Notes under the pieces: model-generated
Databases searched by the model: none
Seen by the model: only the letters and a program-made list of their open reading frames with translations
What the model was told of the DNA's origin: nothing
Program-made: the position numbers and the translations under genes
Part shown: positions 32,659-43,942 of the stretch, piece after piece
Numbering within the stretch: the stretch's first letter is position 1
Layout: every line of letters starts with the position of its first letter
Origin: Selaginella moellendorffii
Taxonomy: Eukaryota; Plantae; Lycopodiophyta
Reading direction: 5' to 3'
Length of the DNA: 64,000 nt
NCBI RefSeq assembly: GCF_000143415.4
Contig: NW_003314291.1
Span: forward strand, 232,674-296,673

Positions 32659-34137
32659 ATGGCGAAGACGAAGAAGCACAAGACGAATCCGCGGAAGAAG
32701 AGGAAGAAGGGGAGCGATTGCGTTGCGCTCAGCTGCTTAGAGGCGTGGTCTCGATGCGATGGCGCTGTGTTGGTGGATCTACACTGCCACACCACTTGCA
32801 GCGATGGATTGCTCAGCCCGCCAGCGCTCGTGGAGCGAGCTCACAAGAGAGGGGTACGCGCTGGCTCGTGTCTTTCTCGACTACACTCTTGTCTTCCAGG
32901 TTAAAGTTCTGGCGCTCACGGATCACGACACCATGGCCGGCGTCCCGGCCGCCATCGCCGCCGCTCGGAGCTATGGAATGCGGATCATCCCTGGAGTGGA
33001 GATCAGCTGCCGATATCTTTCCAGGTAGAGAAGATGCAGAGTTTTCTCGTTTCTCCGATCGATCAACCCAGGCAATGATTTGCTTTCTGGCAGCTCCGGA
33101 GAGATGGGAGAGCTTGTCCATGTTCTAGCTTACTATGGATGCTGCGGTCCCGCTCAAGGATTGGAGGAGAGGCTGGCTCGCATCCGCGAGGGGAGATACG
33201 CTCGAGCGCGTAGCATGGTGGACAAGCTCCGGGATTTGAAGAAACCAGTGAGGTGGGAGAGTGTTTTAGAGTTTGCTGGCGATGGAGTAGCTCCTGGGCG
33301 GCCTCACGTCGCTCGGGCTCTCGTCCAGGCCGGGCATGTTAGCAGCGTTGGCGAAGCGTTCCACAAGTATCTCCACGATGGCGGACCTGCGTACTCCAAG
33401 TAAGTTTTTCTAGCGAGCTTTCATGGATGGAGATAGAAGTCTTTCTTTGGTTTTGTGCTATAGTGGCTCCGAGCTTCCGGCGGGAGAAGCAGTGGAGCTC
33501 ATCAGAGAAACGGGAGGGATTGCTGTGCTCGCTCATCCCTGGAGCTTAAAGAATCCCTTGGACGTTGTCAAGCAGCTAAAGGACGCCGGGCTCCATGGAA
33601 TGGAAGTTTACAAGTCTTCTGGACGGGACAAAGGTATTGTCTTCTCATTCATGCCATGTTTAGAGCTTCTTCTATCGTCGCTTTCCCGTTGCAGCCTTTG
33701 CAGATCTAGCTGACGCTTATCATCTCGTAAAGCTCGGCGGATCAGACTTCCATGGAACTGGCGCGGCGGACGAGACCGATCTGGGGAACGTGGAAGTTCC
33801 CGCCAAGGCGTTGCACGAGTTCCTCCGTGCGGGTGATCCGGTATGGCTGGATTCCGTGATGAGCATCTTGTCGAGTTTTGCGGCAGGGACAATCACGGTT
33901 CAAAGCCCGGATTGTGACAGGAAAGAAGCCAAGAGCAACAGAAATACTCTAGATTTATCTGGAGACGCTGAGCTCCGAGTGGTTTCCAACGGGACAGCGC
34001 TGAAACTCTCGTCGTGGCTGAGTGAGGAAGAGAAGCAGCGAGTGGTGGCAGCAGCAGCCGAAGCCCATGGTCTCGACGCTAGGATCACAGATGGTAGAGG
34101 AGAAGTTCTCGTAACCAAGATCAGGCAGGGTGACTAA
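32659..34137 (+). CDS. PHP-domain (TrpH-like) metal-dependent phosphoesterase, multi-exon
   Basis: DLHCHTTCSDG, LALTDHDT, IPGVEIS, VHVLAY, GRPHVARAL, VLAHPW and GGSDFHG. Confidence 0.92.
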
Positions 34138-34326
34138 GTTGTTGCCTGTTTTTGTCTTGATTGTCCAAGTCCTGTTCTTTAAAACGTTCGGATCCGCCAC
34201 TGCTTCTCTTTTCTTCAGGTCTGGTTGATCGGAGCGGCGGCACTACTGCTGCCCGTGACGACTTTGCGGATTACAATCGATATTTCTTCAGGTCCCTTGA
34301 TTTGGAACGCATGGACTGTGATCAAA

Positions 34327-34520
34327 TTAATCCCAAAAGAAAAGATCACCAGATTTCAAGACATCATCCAACACCAGCAAGCACCTCTTCCTTGCAACGA
34401 GCCTCCTCACCAGTGATTGGACCTTTCTACAAGACCGATTTTTCACAAGTTCGTCTTGCACTGAGAAGATGAGGTGTGTCTTGAAGCTGTGATAATGAAT
34501 GTTAACATCACCGACCATGT
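34327..34520 (-). pseudogene. NB-ARC fragment (kinase-2)
   Basis: LVARKRCLLVLDDV; homologous to the fragments at 37170-37375, 41780-42100 and 45068-45709. Confidence 0.75.
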
Positions 34521-35406
34521 GAACATAGTGCTAAGCTTTTGAGAGTAATAAAGCATCGCATGCCTGATGAATTCTTCCAGTTCGTCAACAACTAAGTTAC
34601 AAAGGTGGCTTCAACCAGAGGTCCCTCACAGAGCGTAACAAAGGAAGTTCAGGCAAGTTTATGAAATGACAATGGAGAACTTGGGTGATGCCTCTCTTCT
34701 CTTTTTTTCAGCTCAACACAACGATCAAGCGCAAGACCGATCAATCTAGAATCTCCAAGATCGGAGAATGGGTTCTTCCAAGGATGAAGCGCCGAGAATG
34801 CGGGGGATGGTAACGTCATATATTTTCCAAAGAAGCGCCGGCCTTAGGGATGGTGGGCAATCGACTAAAACGTCATGTAGACATCCTGCCATATGGTTTA
34901 AGTAGATGGTATGTTATTTTATTATTGGAGCCCGGTTGCTGAGATCATGGCTATCAGGTAAGTGTAGAGGTAAACCGTTGTAGAAGACCCGGGTTCGATG
35001 CCGAAGAGTCCAACCAACAAGGACTTTAGGGTAAAGCTTTATGCTCAATAAGTAGCCCTAGTTCTGGTTTGCTAGCTCACTAAGAGAGCTTAGACCAATC
35101 AGTTGAGGCTTTGGTCTCCCAAACCACAGCTCTCGGGTTCGATTCTTCTTTGTAGATAGAATAAACCTAGTTTTCCCCTTGTCCAGCAAGATTGCCCTTG
35201 TTTAATGTGCAAAGTTGATCGCCATCAGCCATGGAACACAAAATAGCTGCATATGTTTGCTCTCCCAGAGTTTTTACTTCTCATCTTTGCCAGCTTTCTC
35301 CAGGTGAAGTTCAAAAGTAAATTACATTTTTATTGCCCTCTGCGAGAGTATAAAAGATATAGCAAAGAACTAGGGCTTTCTCATTCTTCCAGTCAGCAAA
35401 CGGGCG

Positions 35407-36684
35407 ATGGAGTGCGTTAAGGTGCGATCTTCAAAGAGATTGTCCAACAAGTGCAAGAGGCATGCCGAAGACAAGGAGAACAAACTCAAACAACACCACG
35501 AGTGTGACACGGAGCATATGGACGAAGACTCTTCGTCCACACTCTTGGACTTGGAGGCAAGCTTGGATTGTTTGTACGAGAAGCGATCCAGCACCCGAGA
35601 GGCCGGCTTGAAGGGCATCATCGACGCTCTGGTGGCGAGGGTGATGACCCACTTCGTGGAGGACAAGTATGAAACGTTGACTCATCAAATCCTGTCGTCA
35701 ATCAGGCAGAGTTCTTCGACAGAGGCTGTTCTTGCGGGGCGTGCTCTGGCCATGGTTTCCATCACCGCGGGAGCAGGGAAAGTGGCCGAGCATGTATTCC
35801 AGGCCAGCTTCCCTCATCTCTCCAAGATTTCCAAGCTCGGACGCGATTCTGCCGCGAGGGTTTCAGCGATTGAGGCTCTCGGGATGTTAGCTTTCGTTGG
35901 TGACGTGGACCTGGAGGAGGCAAGCGCGATGGAGGTCCTGTGGCAGATTGTCATCCACAAAGGCAGTGCTCACGCAGATCAAACTCTTGGTACGAGCAAA
36001 CCCACACCTCCAGTCAAGGCGGCCGCCATCACGGCTTGGAGTTTGCTGCTTTCTACGTTGAGCTCCAAGAGAGTCACGGCCCTCCAGCTCCCGAGTGTGT
36101 TGGGAGCTCTGTCCTGTTTGCTCGAGGATCCAGATGTAGGTGTTCGCAAGGCTGCCGGGGAAGCCATTGCTCTTCTCTGCGAAGTTGGCGGCATCCAGCT
36201 GTTGGAGGAGCAAGCTCTTGGCGAAGGTGAAGCAACGGCAATGGAGCTGCAGGTGGTGGATCGGATGAAAGCGCTGGCTGCCTCTTCCAGCCGGAAGGGC
36301 CAGACGAAGAAAGAAAGATCCGAGCAGAGGAGCAGCTTCAGGGACATGGTGGCGACTCTCCAAGGTGGTGCGTGTCATGAGACTTGTCTCAAGCTCAAGC
36401 ACGGTGACTCGCTCAAGATCAGTACGTGGAGCCATACCGTGCAGCTCAATGCCTTCCGAAGGCTCCTGGGCGAAGGCTTTCAGAGGCACTTGCAGGAAAA
36501 CGATCTCCTGCACCAAGTGTTCAACTTTGCTCCAAGAAACGCCGTGGTTTCCAAGGGGACGGCAAAACAGCAAAAGCATCAGAACTGCATAGCGAGTAAA
36601 ATGAAGACCCAACTCATGAACCAGAGAAGGTGTGCGCTTGAGGCCAGTCGAAAGTTTAACGACGGTAGCGTTGAAATATGCTAG
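35407..36684 (+). CDS. Interferon-related developmental regulator (IFRD) family protein, copy 1, intronless
   Basis: LDCLYEKRSSTREAGL, AAAITAWSLLLST, VRKAAGEAIALL, KKERSEQRSSFRD, ISTW..QLNAFRRLLGEGFQRHLQENDLLHQVF; TATAAAA at ~35349. Confidence 0.9.
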   Translation: MECVKVRSSKRLSNKCKRHAEDKENKLKQHHECDTEHMDEDSSSTLLDLEASLDCLYEKRSSTREAGLKGIIDALVARVMTHFVEDKYETLTHQILSSIRQSSSTEAVLAGRALAMVSITAGAGKVAEHVFQASFPHLSKISKLGRDSAARVSAIEALGMLAFVGDVDLEEASAMEVLWQIVIHKGSAHADQTLGTSKPTPPVKAAAITAWSLLLSTLSSKRVTALQLPSVLGALSCLLEDPDVGVRKAAGEAIALLCEVGGIQLLEEQALGEGEATAMELQVVDRMKALAASSSRKGQTKKERSEQRSSFRDMVATLQGGACHETCLKLKHGDSLKISTWSHTVQLNAFRRLLGEGFQRHLQENDLLHQVFNFAPRNAVVSKGTAKQQKHQNCIASKMKTQLMNQRRCALEASRKFNDGSVEIC

Positions 36685-37052
36685 AGGAGTGGAAATCTCT
36701 AATACTCAAATGTATCAAACTTCAGATCACTTAAGAGAGAGAATTAAAACGACTTGTGTATACTACTCTACCTCTTCAAGCGGTTTACTTTTCAGCTTGG
36801 CCTTTCTTGAGCGCTGAACATTGAGTGCCTCGTTAGCATGTTTACAACTTCTCTCTAGCTTCGTACCCTCCACGGGAGAAACTTTCTGCTCCTCATTCTG
36901 CAGCGCAAGTGAGAGGAAAACGACCAGACTTTGTAGTGACTGCGTGTTATACCTGCCTTTCATCTTCTCAACGCGTTTCATCTCCTTGAGCTTCACCAGG
37001 TTCTTCTTTCAGCTCTGTATGGCAGCGACATAAGAGCAAAACAGCGCTTTCA

Positions 37053-37375
37053 CTTCCCAAACCAAAAACATGCTCAGAATTACAATGAGCAAGGTAGTAA
37101 TGTAGAAAGTTGTGCACAAGTGTGGAGGCCTTCCACTGGTCTTGAAGGTGATTGGCAGAAGAATGGCAGGCAGGCGTGGACTGTGAACAATTTCAAGATG
37201 TTTTCTTCTCCCAAAAAGGCCCCCATCTTGGTTTTAATTGCACCTCTAAGCTTTTGGGTGGTAACCAAGATCTTGCTTCCATTTTGTATCAAAAAGATCC
37301 AAAAGATCACCAGATTTCAAGACATCGTCCAACACCAGCAAGCATCTCTTCCTTGCAAGAAGCCCCCTCATCAGT
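37053..37375. pseudogene. NB-ARC fragment with internal inversion
   Basis: GLPL segment (KCGGLPLVLKVIG) on plus at 37053-37168; LLVLDDV, GSKILVTT and ENILKLF on minus at 37170-37375. Confidence 0.75.
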
Positions 37376-37574
37376 GTTTCAGCCTCACATTCGGGGTTTC
37401 TAGCTCCTGTATGAGCTCAATGATGGGGTGTGGATGCCAAGCGCCTCGTTGTGGAGATCCGAGTAAAATATTTCTGGATGTGTCTCTTTGGTCCACTTTG
37501 TTAGGCACGAAATTCGTGGAGAAAGGTAACAAGTGTGACAGGCTTCCTTGGTTGTAATGGTGTTCTTCTTCTTT

Positions 37575-39200
37575 AGCTTGGCAGTGTGAAGCACATCAAA
37601 TTTGACGATGGGTGGATCAGTTGGACACGCTCATTCCTCTCCAGCTCAGTTCTCTCCATCCCTCCACTCGAGGCCGACACTTCCTCCTCGTTGTCTGCTG
37701 CGAGAACAAGGACATCTTCTTCGATCTCAGCACAGTGCGTGCTCGGCAAACACTGGAAATCCTGGAAAACAAAGCGCCTCTATGGTATGTTTGTGAGCAT
37801 CATTTCGTTTTTATCTAGCGTCGTCTTGGGTGATGCCAGGGTGGAGTTTCTTCTACGCTTCGCTTGTGGAGATGGCACGACTTTTATGACGTCTAGCGCG
37901 ACGGTAAGTTGAGAGCGCTCAGGTTTTTGATAGAGAGGCTAGTTAAATCCCTGAATTTCCAGACGCTTTTGGTGTCCGTGGCTATGGAATGAATGGAATT
38001 GCTCTTTCCTGATTTGCCTCTGCAGGCTCACGATGGTGGTGTGTGCGGTATGGAAATGGCCAAAGTACCAAGGGGACTCCTCAACTTGTAAACCAGGATG
38101 GCATTGGCCATCTGGGATACCACTTCTTTGAGGGTAAGATACAAGTATTTCAAATGATCGCTGCAGGAACTTTCTATTACTGTACAAACATTTTGTTTCT
38201 CTCGAGTCAGTTTGTGTTTGCTGTGAATGCGCACCTGACTTTCAGTTTTACCGTGCAGGTTTGTGTTCGTCGATGCGGGGGTACGTGGCATTGACGTTGA
38301 AAGAAGGAAGAGATGAAGAACCGTGCAGCTCAGGGAGCCTCCATGGCAGATTGCTTTGTTGACTGTGGACACTTCGACCACCTATGTTACAGGTACGTTG
38401 GTTATACGCTTACAAGTTTGGTAAATTTGTTTCTGTCACAGGTTGTCCGGCTCGACACTGCTCCTTCAATTGCACGGCCTCCGCCAGCCAAATGGATGTG
38501 GATGTGGAAGACAAGAAGGTTGCAGGCGTGGCGTTGCGATGGGGGAGGCAGCATTGCTGTAGCAGTATCCAGGTTACCTATGGAGCACAAGCGTCCTGGA
38601 GTCTGAGACGGCGTGCTTTGGATTGTTGACAGGTAACTGGATTGCATTCATTTTAACAGAGCATGATCATTTGTGGATGTGCACTTTGTATGACAGGTTC
38701 ATGGTTTATCCACCAATGTCTTGCTGCTCACGGAAATGATCTAGCGCTGTGAAATGGTATGCTTTACTGATTGGTAGTACTTGCTTGACTGGTAGTCCTT
38801 GTTTTGCAGGGCTTTCAGGCTTGGACGAGAGCACCATGACGAGCTATGCTACTGAAGCTTTACATCTGCCTGGCATTCCGAAGGTGGGTTTGTCACTTAC
38901 ATCTCGAAGAGGTTTTGCGTTGAGCGAATTGCCGTTGTCTAGGCTGGAGTATGACCTCGCAAGCAATGCCTCGTCACGCTAAGCCAAGAAGCTGATGCAG
39001 TTTTTGACAACCAAGGAGGAAACAAGCGACGCTTTGTGAAGTTCTCCGATGAGCTGGTAGATGCCAAGTGCTACAAAAGCTGGCAGTGGCTGGTCCTGTC
39101 GACGGGGAATCGAATGGGAATACTCGAGCGCTCGTCCAGGTTTGTCTTTCTTGACATTCATTTGACCCATTGTAACAGCTCGTGCCTATTAGTTTAGATA
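37575..39200 (+). pseudogene. Degenerate, internally deleted TWD40-2-like (TPLATE complex WD40) gene copy retaining introns
   Basis: Ordered peptides GSVKHIKFDD, RGRHFLLVVCCENK, AHDGGV, LRPPMLQ/VVRL, GGGSIAVAVSRLPMEHKRP, DGVLWIVDR, YATEALHLPGI and LEYDLA, recognised from memory of plant TWD40-2; many stops and frameshifts. Confidence 0.7.
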
Positions 39201-40029
39201 CAAGAGGAGGCCCAGAAACGTTGGTAGTGGTAAGCTTTTCAGAGTTACGAAGGATCGGTTGCCTGATGATCACTTCCAGTTCGTCAACAGGTAAGTTACA
39301 TTATGAAATGACAATGGAGAACTTTGGTGACGCCTCTCTTCTCTTCTTCTCAGCTCAACACAACGATCAGGCGCAAGATCGACCAATCTAGAATCTCCAA
39401 AATCCGCAAATGGGTTCTTCCAAGGACGAAGCGCCGAGAATGCGGGGGATGGTATCGTCATGTATTTTCCAAAGACATCCTGCCATATGGTTTAAGTACA
39501 CGGTATGTTATTTTATTATCGGAGCCCGGTTGCTGAGATCATGGCTATCAGGTAAGTGTAAAGGTAAACCGTTGTAGAAGACCCGGGTTCGATGCCGAAG
39601 AGTCCAACCAACAAGGACTTTAGGGTAAAGTTTTGTGCTCAATAAGTAGCACTAGTTCTGGTTTGCTAGCTCACTAAAAAAGCTTAGACCAATCAGTTGA
39701 GGCTTTGGTCTCCCAAACCACAGCTCTCGGGTTCGATTCTTCTTTGTAGACAGAATAAAGTAAGAATATTCATGGCTAGATGGTTAACCTAGTTTTCCCC
39801 TTGTCCAGCAAGACTGCCCTTGTTTAATGTGCAAAGTGATCGCCATCAGCCATGGAACACAAAATAGCTGCATATGTTTGCTCTCCCAGAGTTTTTACTT
39901 CTCATCTTTGCTAGCTTTGTCCAGGTGAAGTTTAAAAGTAAATTACATTTTTATTAAGCCTCGCCTCTGCGGGTATAAAAGATATAGCAAAGAACTAGGG
40001 TTTTTTCATTCAGCAAACAGTGCGTTAAG

Positions 40030-41292
40030 GTGCGATCTTCAAAGAGATTGTCCAAGAAGTGCAAGAGGCATGCCGAAGACCAGGAGAACAAACTCAAACA
40101 ACACCACGAGTGTGACACGGAGCATATGGACGACGACTCTTCGTCCACACGCTTGGACTTGGAGGCAAGCTTGGATTGTTTGTACGAGAAGCGATCCAGC
40201 ACCCGAGAGGCCGGCTTGAGGGGCATGATCGACGCTCTGGTGGCGAGGGTGATGACCCACTTCGTGGAGGACAAGTATGAAACGTTGACTCATCAAATCC
40301 TGTCGTCAATCAGGCAGAGTTCTTCGACAGAGGCTGTTCTTGCGGGGCGTGCTCTGGCCATGGTTTCCATCACCGCGGGAGCAGGGAAAGTGGCCGAGCA
40401 TGTATTCCAGGCCAGCTTCCCTCATCTCTCCAAGATTTCCAAGCTCGGACGCGATTCTGCCGCGAGGGTTTCAGCGATTGAGGCTCTCGGGATGTTAGCT
40501 TTCGTTGGTGGCGTGGACCTGGAGGAGGCAAGCGCGATGGAGGTCCTGTGGCAGATTGTCATCCACAAAGGCAGTGCTCACGCAGATCAAACTCTTGGTA
40601 CGAGCAAACCCACACCTCCAGTCAAGGCGGCCGCCATCACGGCTTGGAGTTTGCTGCTTTCTACGTTGAGCTCCAAGAGAGTCACGGCCCTCCAGCTCCC
40701 GAGTGTGTTGGGAGCTCTGTCCTGTTTGCTCGAGGATCCAGATGTAGGTGTTCGCAAGGCTGCCGGGGAAGCCATTGCTCTTCTCTGCGAAGTTGGCGGC
40801 ATCCAGCTGTTGGAGGAGCAAGCTCTTGGCGAAGGTGAAGCAACGGCAATGGAGCTGCAGGTGGTGGATCGGATGAAAGCGCTGGCTGCCTCTTCCAGCC
40901 GGAAGGGCCAGACGAAGAAAGAAAGATCCGAGCAGAGGAGCAGCTTCAGGGACATGGTGGTGACTCTCCAAGGTGGTGCGTGTCATGAGACTTGTCTCAA
41001 GCTCAAGCACGGTGACTCGCTCAAGATCAGTACGTGGAGCCAAACCGTGCAGCTCAATGCCTTCCGAAGGCTCCTGGGCGAAGGCTTTCAGAGGCACTTG
41101 CAGGAAAACGATCTCCTGCACCAAGTGTTCAACTTTGCTCCAAGCAACGCCGTGGTTTACAAGGGGACGGCAAAACAGCAAAAGCATCAGAACTGCATAG
41201 CGAGTAAAATGAAGACCCAACTCATGAACCAGAGAAGGTGTGTGCTTGAGGCCAGTCGAAAGTTTAACGACGGTAGCGTTGAAATATGCTAG
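40030..41292 (+). CDS. IFRD family protein, copy 2 (original ATG deleted; first in-frame ATG at 40126)
   Basis: Near-identical to copy 1, but cagcaaacagtgcg replaces cagcaaacgggcgATGgagtgcg. Confidence 0.75.
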   Translation: MRSSKRLSKKCKRHAEDQENKLKQHHECDTEHMDDDSSSTRLDLEASLDCLYEKRSSTREAGLRGMIDALVARVMTHFVEDKYETLTHQILSSIRQSSSTEAVLAGRALAMVSITAGAGKVAEHVFQASFPHLSKISKLGRDSAARVSAIEALGMLAFVGGVDLEEASAMEVLWQIVIHKGSAHADQTLGTSKPTPPVKAAAITAWSLLLSTLSSKRVTALQLPSVLGALSCLLEDPDVGVRKAAGEAIALLCEVGGIQLLEEQALGEGEATAMELQVVDRMKALAASSSRKGQTKKERSEQRSSFRDMVVTLQGGACHETCLKLKHGDSLKISTWSQTVQLNAFRRLLGEGFQRHLQENDLLHQVFNFAPSNAVVYKGTAKQQKHQNCIASKMKTQLMNQRRCVLEASRKFNDGSVEIC

Positions 41293-41660
41293 AGGAGTGG
41301 AAATCTCTAATACTCAAATGTATCAAACTTTAGATCACTTAAGAGAGAGAATTAAAACGACTTGTGTATACTACTCTACCTCTTCAAGCGGTTTACTTTT
41401 CAGCTTGGGCTTTCTTGAGAGCTGAACATTGAGTGCCTCGTTAGCATGTTTACAACTTCTCTCTAGCTTCGTACCCTCCACGGGAGAAACTTTCTGCTCC
41501 TCATTCTGCAGCGCAAGTGAGAGGAAAACGACCAGACTTTGTAGTGACTGCGTGTTATACCTGCCTTTCATCTTCTCGACGTGTTTCATCTCCTTGAGTT
41601 TCACCAGGTTCTTCTTTCAGCTCTGTATGGCAGCGACATAAGAGCAAAACAGCGCTTTGA

Positions 41661-42100
41661 CTTCCCAAACCAAAAACATGCTCAGAATTACAGTGAGCAA
41701 GGTAGTAATGTAGAAAGTTGTGCACAAGTGTGGGGGCCTTCCACTGGTCTTGAAGGTGATTGGCAGAAGAATGGCAGGCAGGCGTGGACTGTGAACAATT
41801 TCAAGATGTTTTCCTCTCCCAAAAGGCTCCCATCTTGGTTTTAATTGCACCTCTAAGCCTTCGGGTGGTAACCAAGATTTTGCTTCCATTTTGTATCAAA
41901 AAGATCCAAAAGATCACCAGATTTCAAGACATCGTCCAACACCAGCAAGCATCTCTTCCTTGCAAGAAGCCCCCTCATCGGTGTTTCATTGTGGATTGGA
42001 CCTTCTATTAGTCCGATTTTTGGCAAGTTCGTCTTGCTTTGCCTCCACCTGAGAAGATGCAAGAAGATGTGATAAAGGAACGTAAATGTCACATGATTGA
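41661..42100. pseudogene. NB-ARC fragment with the same internal inversion
   Basis: Duplicate of 37053-37375, extended; LLARKRCLLVLDDV on minus. Confidence 0.75.
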
Positions 42101-42664
42101 CCGCGTGAACATAGTGGTAAGCTTTTGAGAGTAACGAGGCGAGGCGATCGACCGAAACGTCGTGTAGTTTCCAAACACACCCTACCATATGGTTTAAGTA
42201 CATGGTATGTTATTTTATTATTGGAGCCCGGTTGCTGAGATCATGGCTATCAGGTAAACCGTTGTAGAAGACCCGGGTTCGATGCCGAAGAGTCCAACTA
42301 ACAAGGACTTTATGCAAAACTTTTTGCTCAATAAGTAGCCCTAGTTCTGGTTTGCTAGCTCACTAAAAAAGCTTAGACAAATCAGTTGAGGCTTTGGTCT
42401 CCCAAACCACAGCTCTCGGTTCTCGGGTAGATAGAATAAAGTAAGGAATATTCATGGCCAGATGGTTAACCTAGTTTTCCCCTTGTCCAGCAAGATTGCC
42501 CTTGTTTAATGTGCAAAGTGATCGCCATAACACAAAATAGGTGCATATGTTTGCTAGCTTTGTCCAGGTGAAGTTTAAAAGTAAATTACATTTTTATTAA
42601 GCCGAGTATAAAAGATATAGCAAAGAACTAGGGCTTTCTCATTCTTCCAGTCAGCAAACGGGCG

Positions 42665-43942
42665 ATGGAGTGCGTTAAGGTGTGTTCTTCAAAGAGATTG
42701 TCCAAGAAGTGCAAGAGACATGCTGAAGACAAGGAGAACAAACTCAAACAACACCACGAGTGTGACACGGAGCATATGGACGACGACTCTTCGTCCACAC
42801 CCTTGGACTTGGAGGCAAGCTTGGATTGTTTGTACGAGAAGCGATCCAGCACCCGAGAGGCCGGCTTGAAGGGCATCATCGACGCTCTGGTGGCGAGGGT
42901 GATGACCCACTTCGTCGAGGACAAGTATGAAATGTTGACTCATCAAATCCTATCGTCAATCAGGCAGAGTTCTTCGACAGAGGCTGTTCTTGCGGGGCGT
43001 GCTCTGGCCATGGTTTCCATCACCGCGGGAGCAGGGAAAGTGGCCGAGCACGTATTCGAGGCTAGCTTCCCTCATCTCTCCAAGATTTCGAAGCTCGGAC
43101 GCGATTCTGCCGCGAGGGTTTCAGCGATTGAGGCTCTTGGGATGTTAGCTTTCGTTGGTGGCGTGGACCTGGAGGAGGCAAGCGCGATGGAGGTCCTGTG
43201 GCAGATTGTCATCCACAAAGGCAGTGCTCACGCAGATCAAACTCTTGGTACGAGCAAACCCACACCTCCAGTCAAGGCGGCTGCCATCACGGCTTGGAGT
43301 TTGCTGCTTTCTACATTGAGCTCCAAGAGAGTCACGGCCCTCCAGCTCCCGAGTGTGTTGGGAGCTCTGTCCTGTTTGCTCGAGGATCCAGATGTAGGTG
43401 TTCGCAAGGCTGCCGGGGAAGCCATTGCTCTTCTCTGCGAAGTTGGCGGCATCCAGCTGTTGGAGGAGCAAGCTCTTGGCGAAGGTGAAGCAACGGCAAT
43501 GGAGCTGCAGGTGGTGGATCGGATGAAAGCGCTGGCTGCCTCTTCCAGCCGGAAGGGCCAGACGAAGAAAGAAAGATCCGAGCAGAGGAGCAGCTTCAGG
43601 GACATGGTGGCGACTCTCCAAGGTGGTGCGTGTCATGAGACTTGTCTCAAGCTCAAGCACGGTGACTCGCTCAAGATCAGTACGTGGAGCCAAACCGTGC
43701 AGCTCAATGCCTTCCGAAGGCTCCTGGGCGAAGGCTTTCAGAGGCACTTGCAGGAAAACGATCTCCTGCACCAAGTGTTCAACTTTGCTCCAAGAAACGC
43801 CGTGGTTTACAAGGGGACGGCAAAACAGCAAAAGCATCAGAACTGCATAGCGAGTAAAATGAAGACCCAACTCATGAACCAGAGAAGGTGTGCGCTTGAG
43901 GCCAGTCGAAAGTTTAACGACGGTAGCGTTGAAATATGCTAG
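42665..43942 (+). CDS. IFRD family protein, copy 3, intronless
   Basis: 425-aa ORF near-identical to copy 1. Confidence 0.9.
   Translation: MECVKVCSSKRLSKKCKRHAEDKENKLKQHHECDTEHMDDDSSSTPLDLEASLDCLYEKRSSTREAGLKGIIDALVARVMTHFVEDKYEMLTHQILSSIRQSSSTEAVLAGRALAMVSITAGAGKVAEHVFEASFPHLSKISKLGRDSAARVSAIEALGMLAFVGGVDLEEASAMEVLWQIVIHKGSAHADQTLGTSKPTPPVKAAAITAWSLLLSTLSSKRVTALQLPSVLGALSCLLEDPDVGVRKAAGEAIALLCEVGGIQLLEEQALGEGEATAMELQVVDRMKALAASSSRKGQTKKERSEQRSSFRDMVATLQGGACHETCLKLKHGDSLKISTWSQTVQLNAFRRLLGEGFQRHLQENDLLHQVFNFAPRNAVVYKGTAKQQKHQNCIASKMKTQLMNQRRCALEASRKFNDGSVEIC

Noticed and set aside
35083-35152. tRNA-Gly(CCC) gene
   Set aside because: Anticodon-like hairpin and B-box are present, but D, T and acceptor stems do not pair
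35231-35406. Upstream coding exon for IFRD (ATG 35231, intron 35304-35392, in frame)
   Set aside because: Copy 2 has an in-frame TAG and copy 3 has deleted it; the supposed intron contains a TATAAAA conserved in all copies, favouring a proximal promoter
35887-36612. 241-aa antisense ORF repeated in each IFRD copy
   Set aside because: Conserved only because the copies are near-identical; shadow of the IFRD frame
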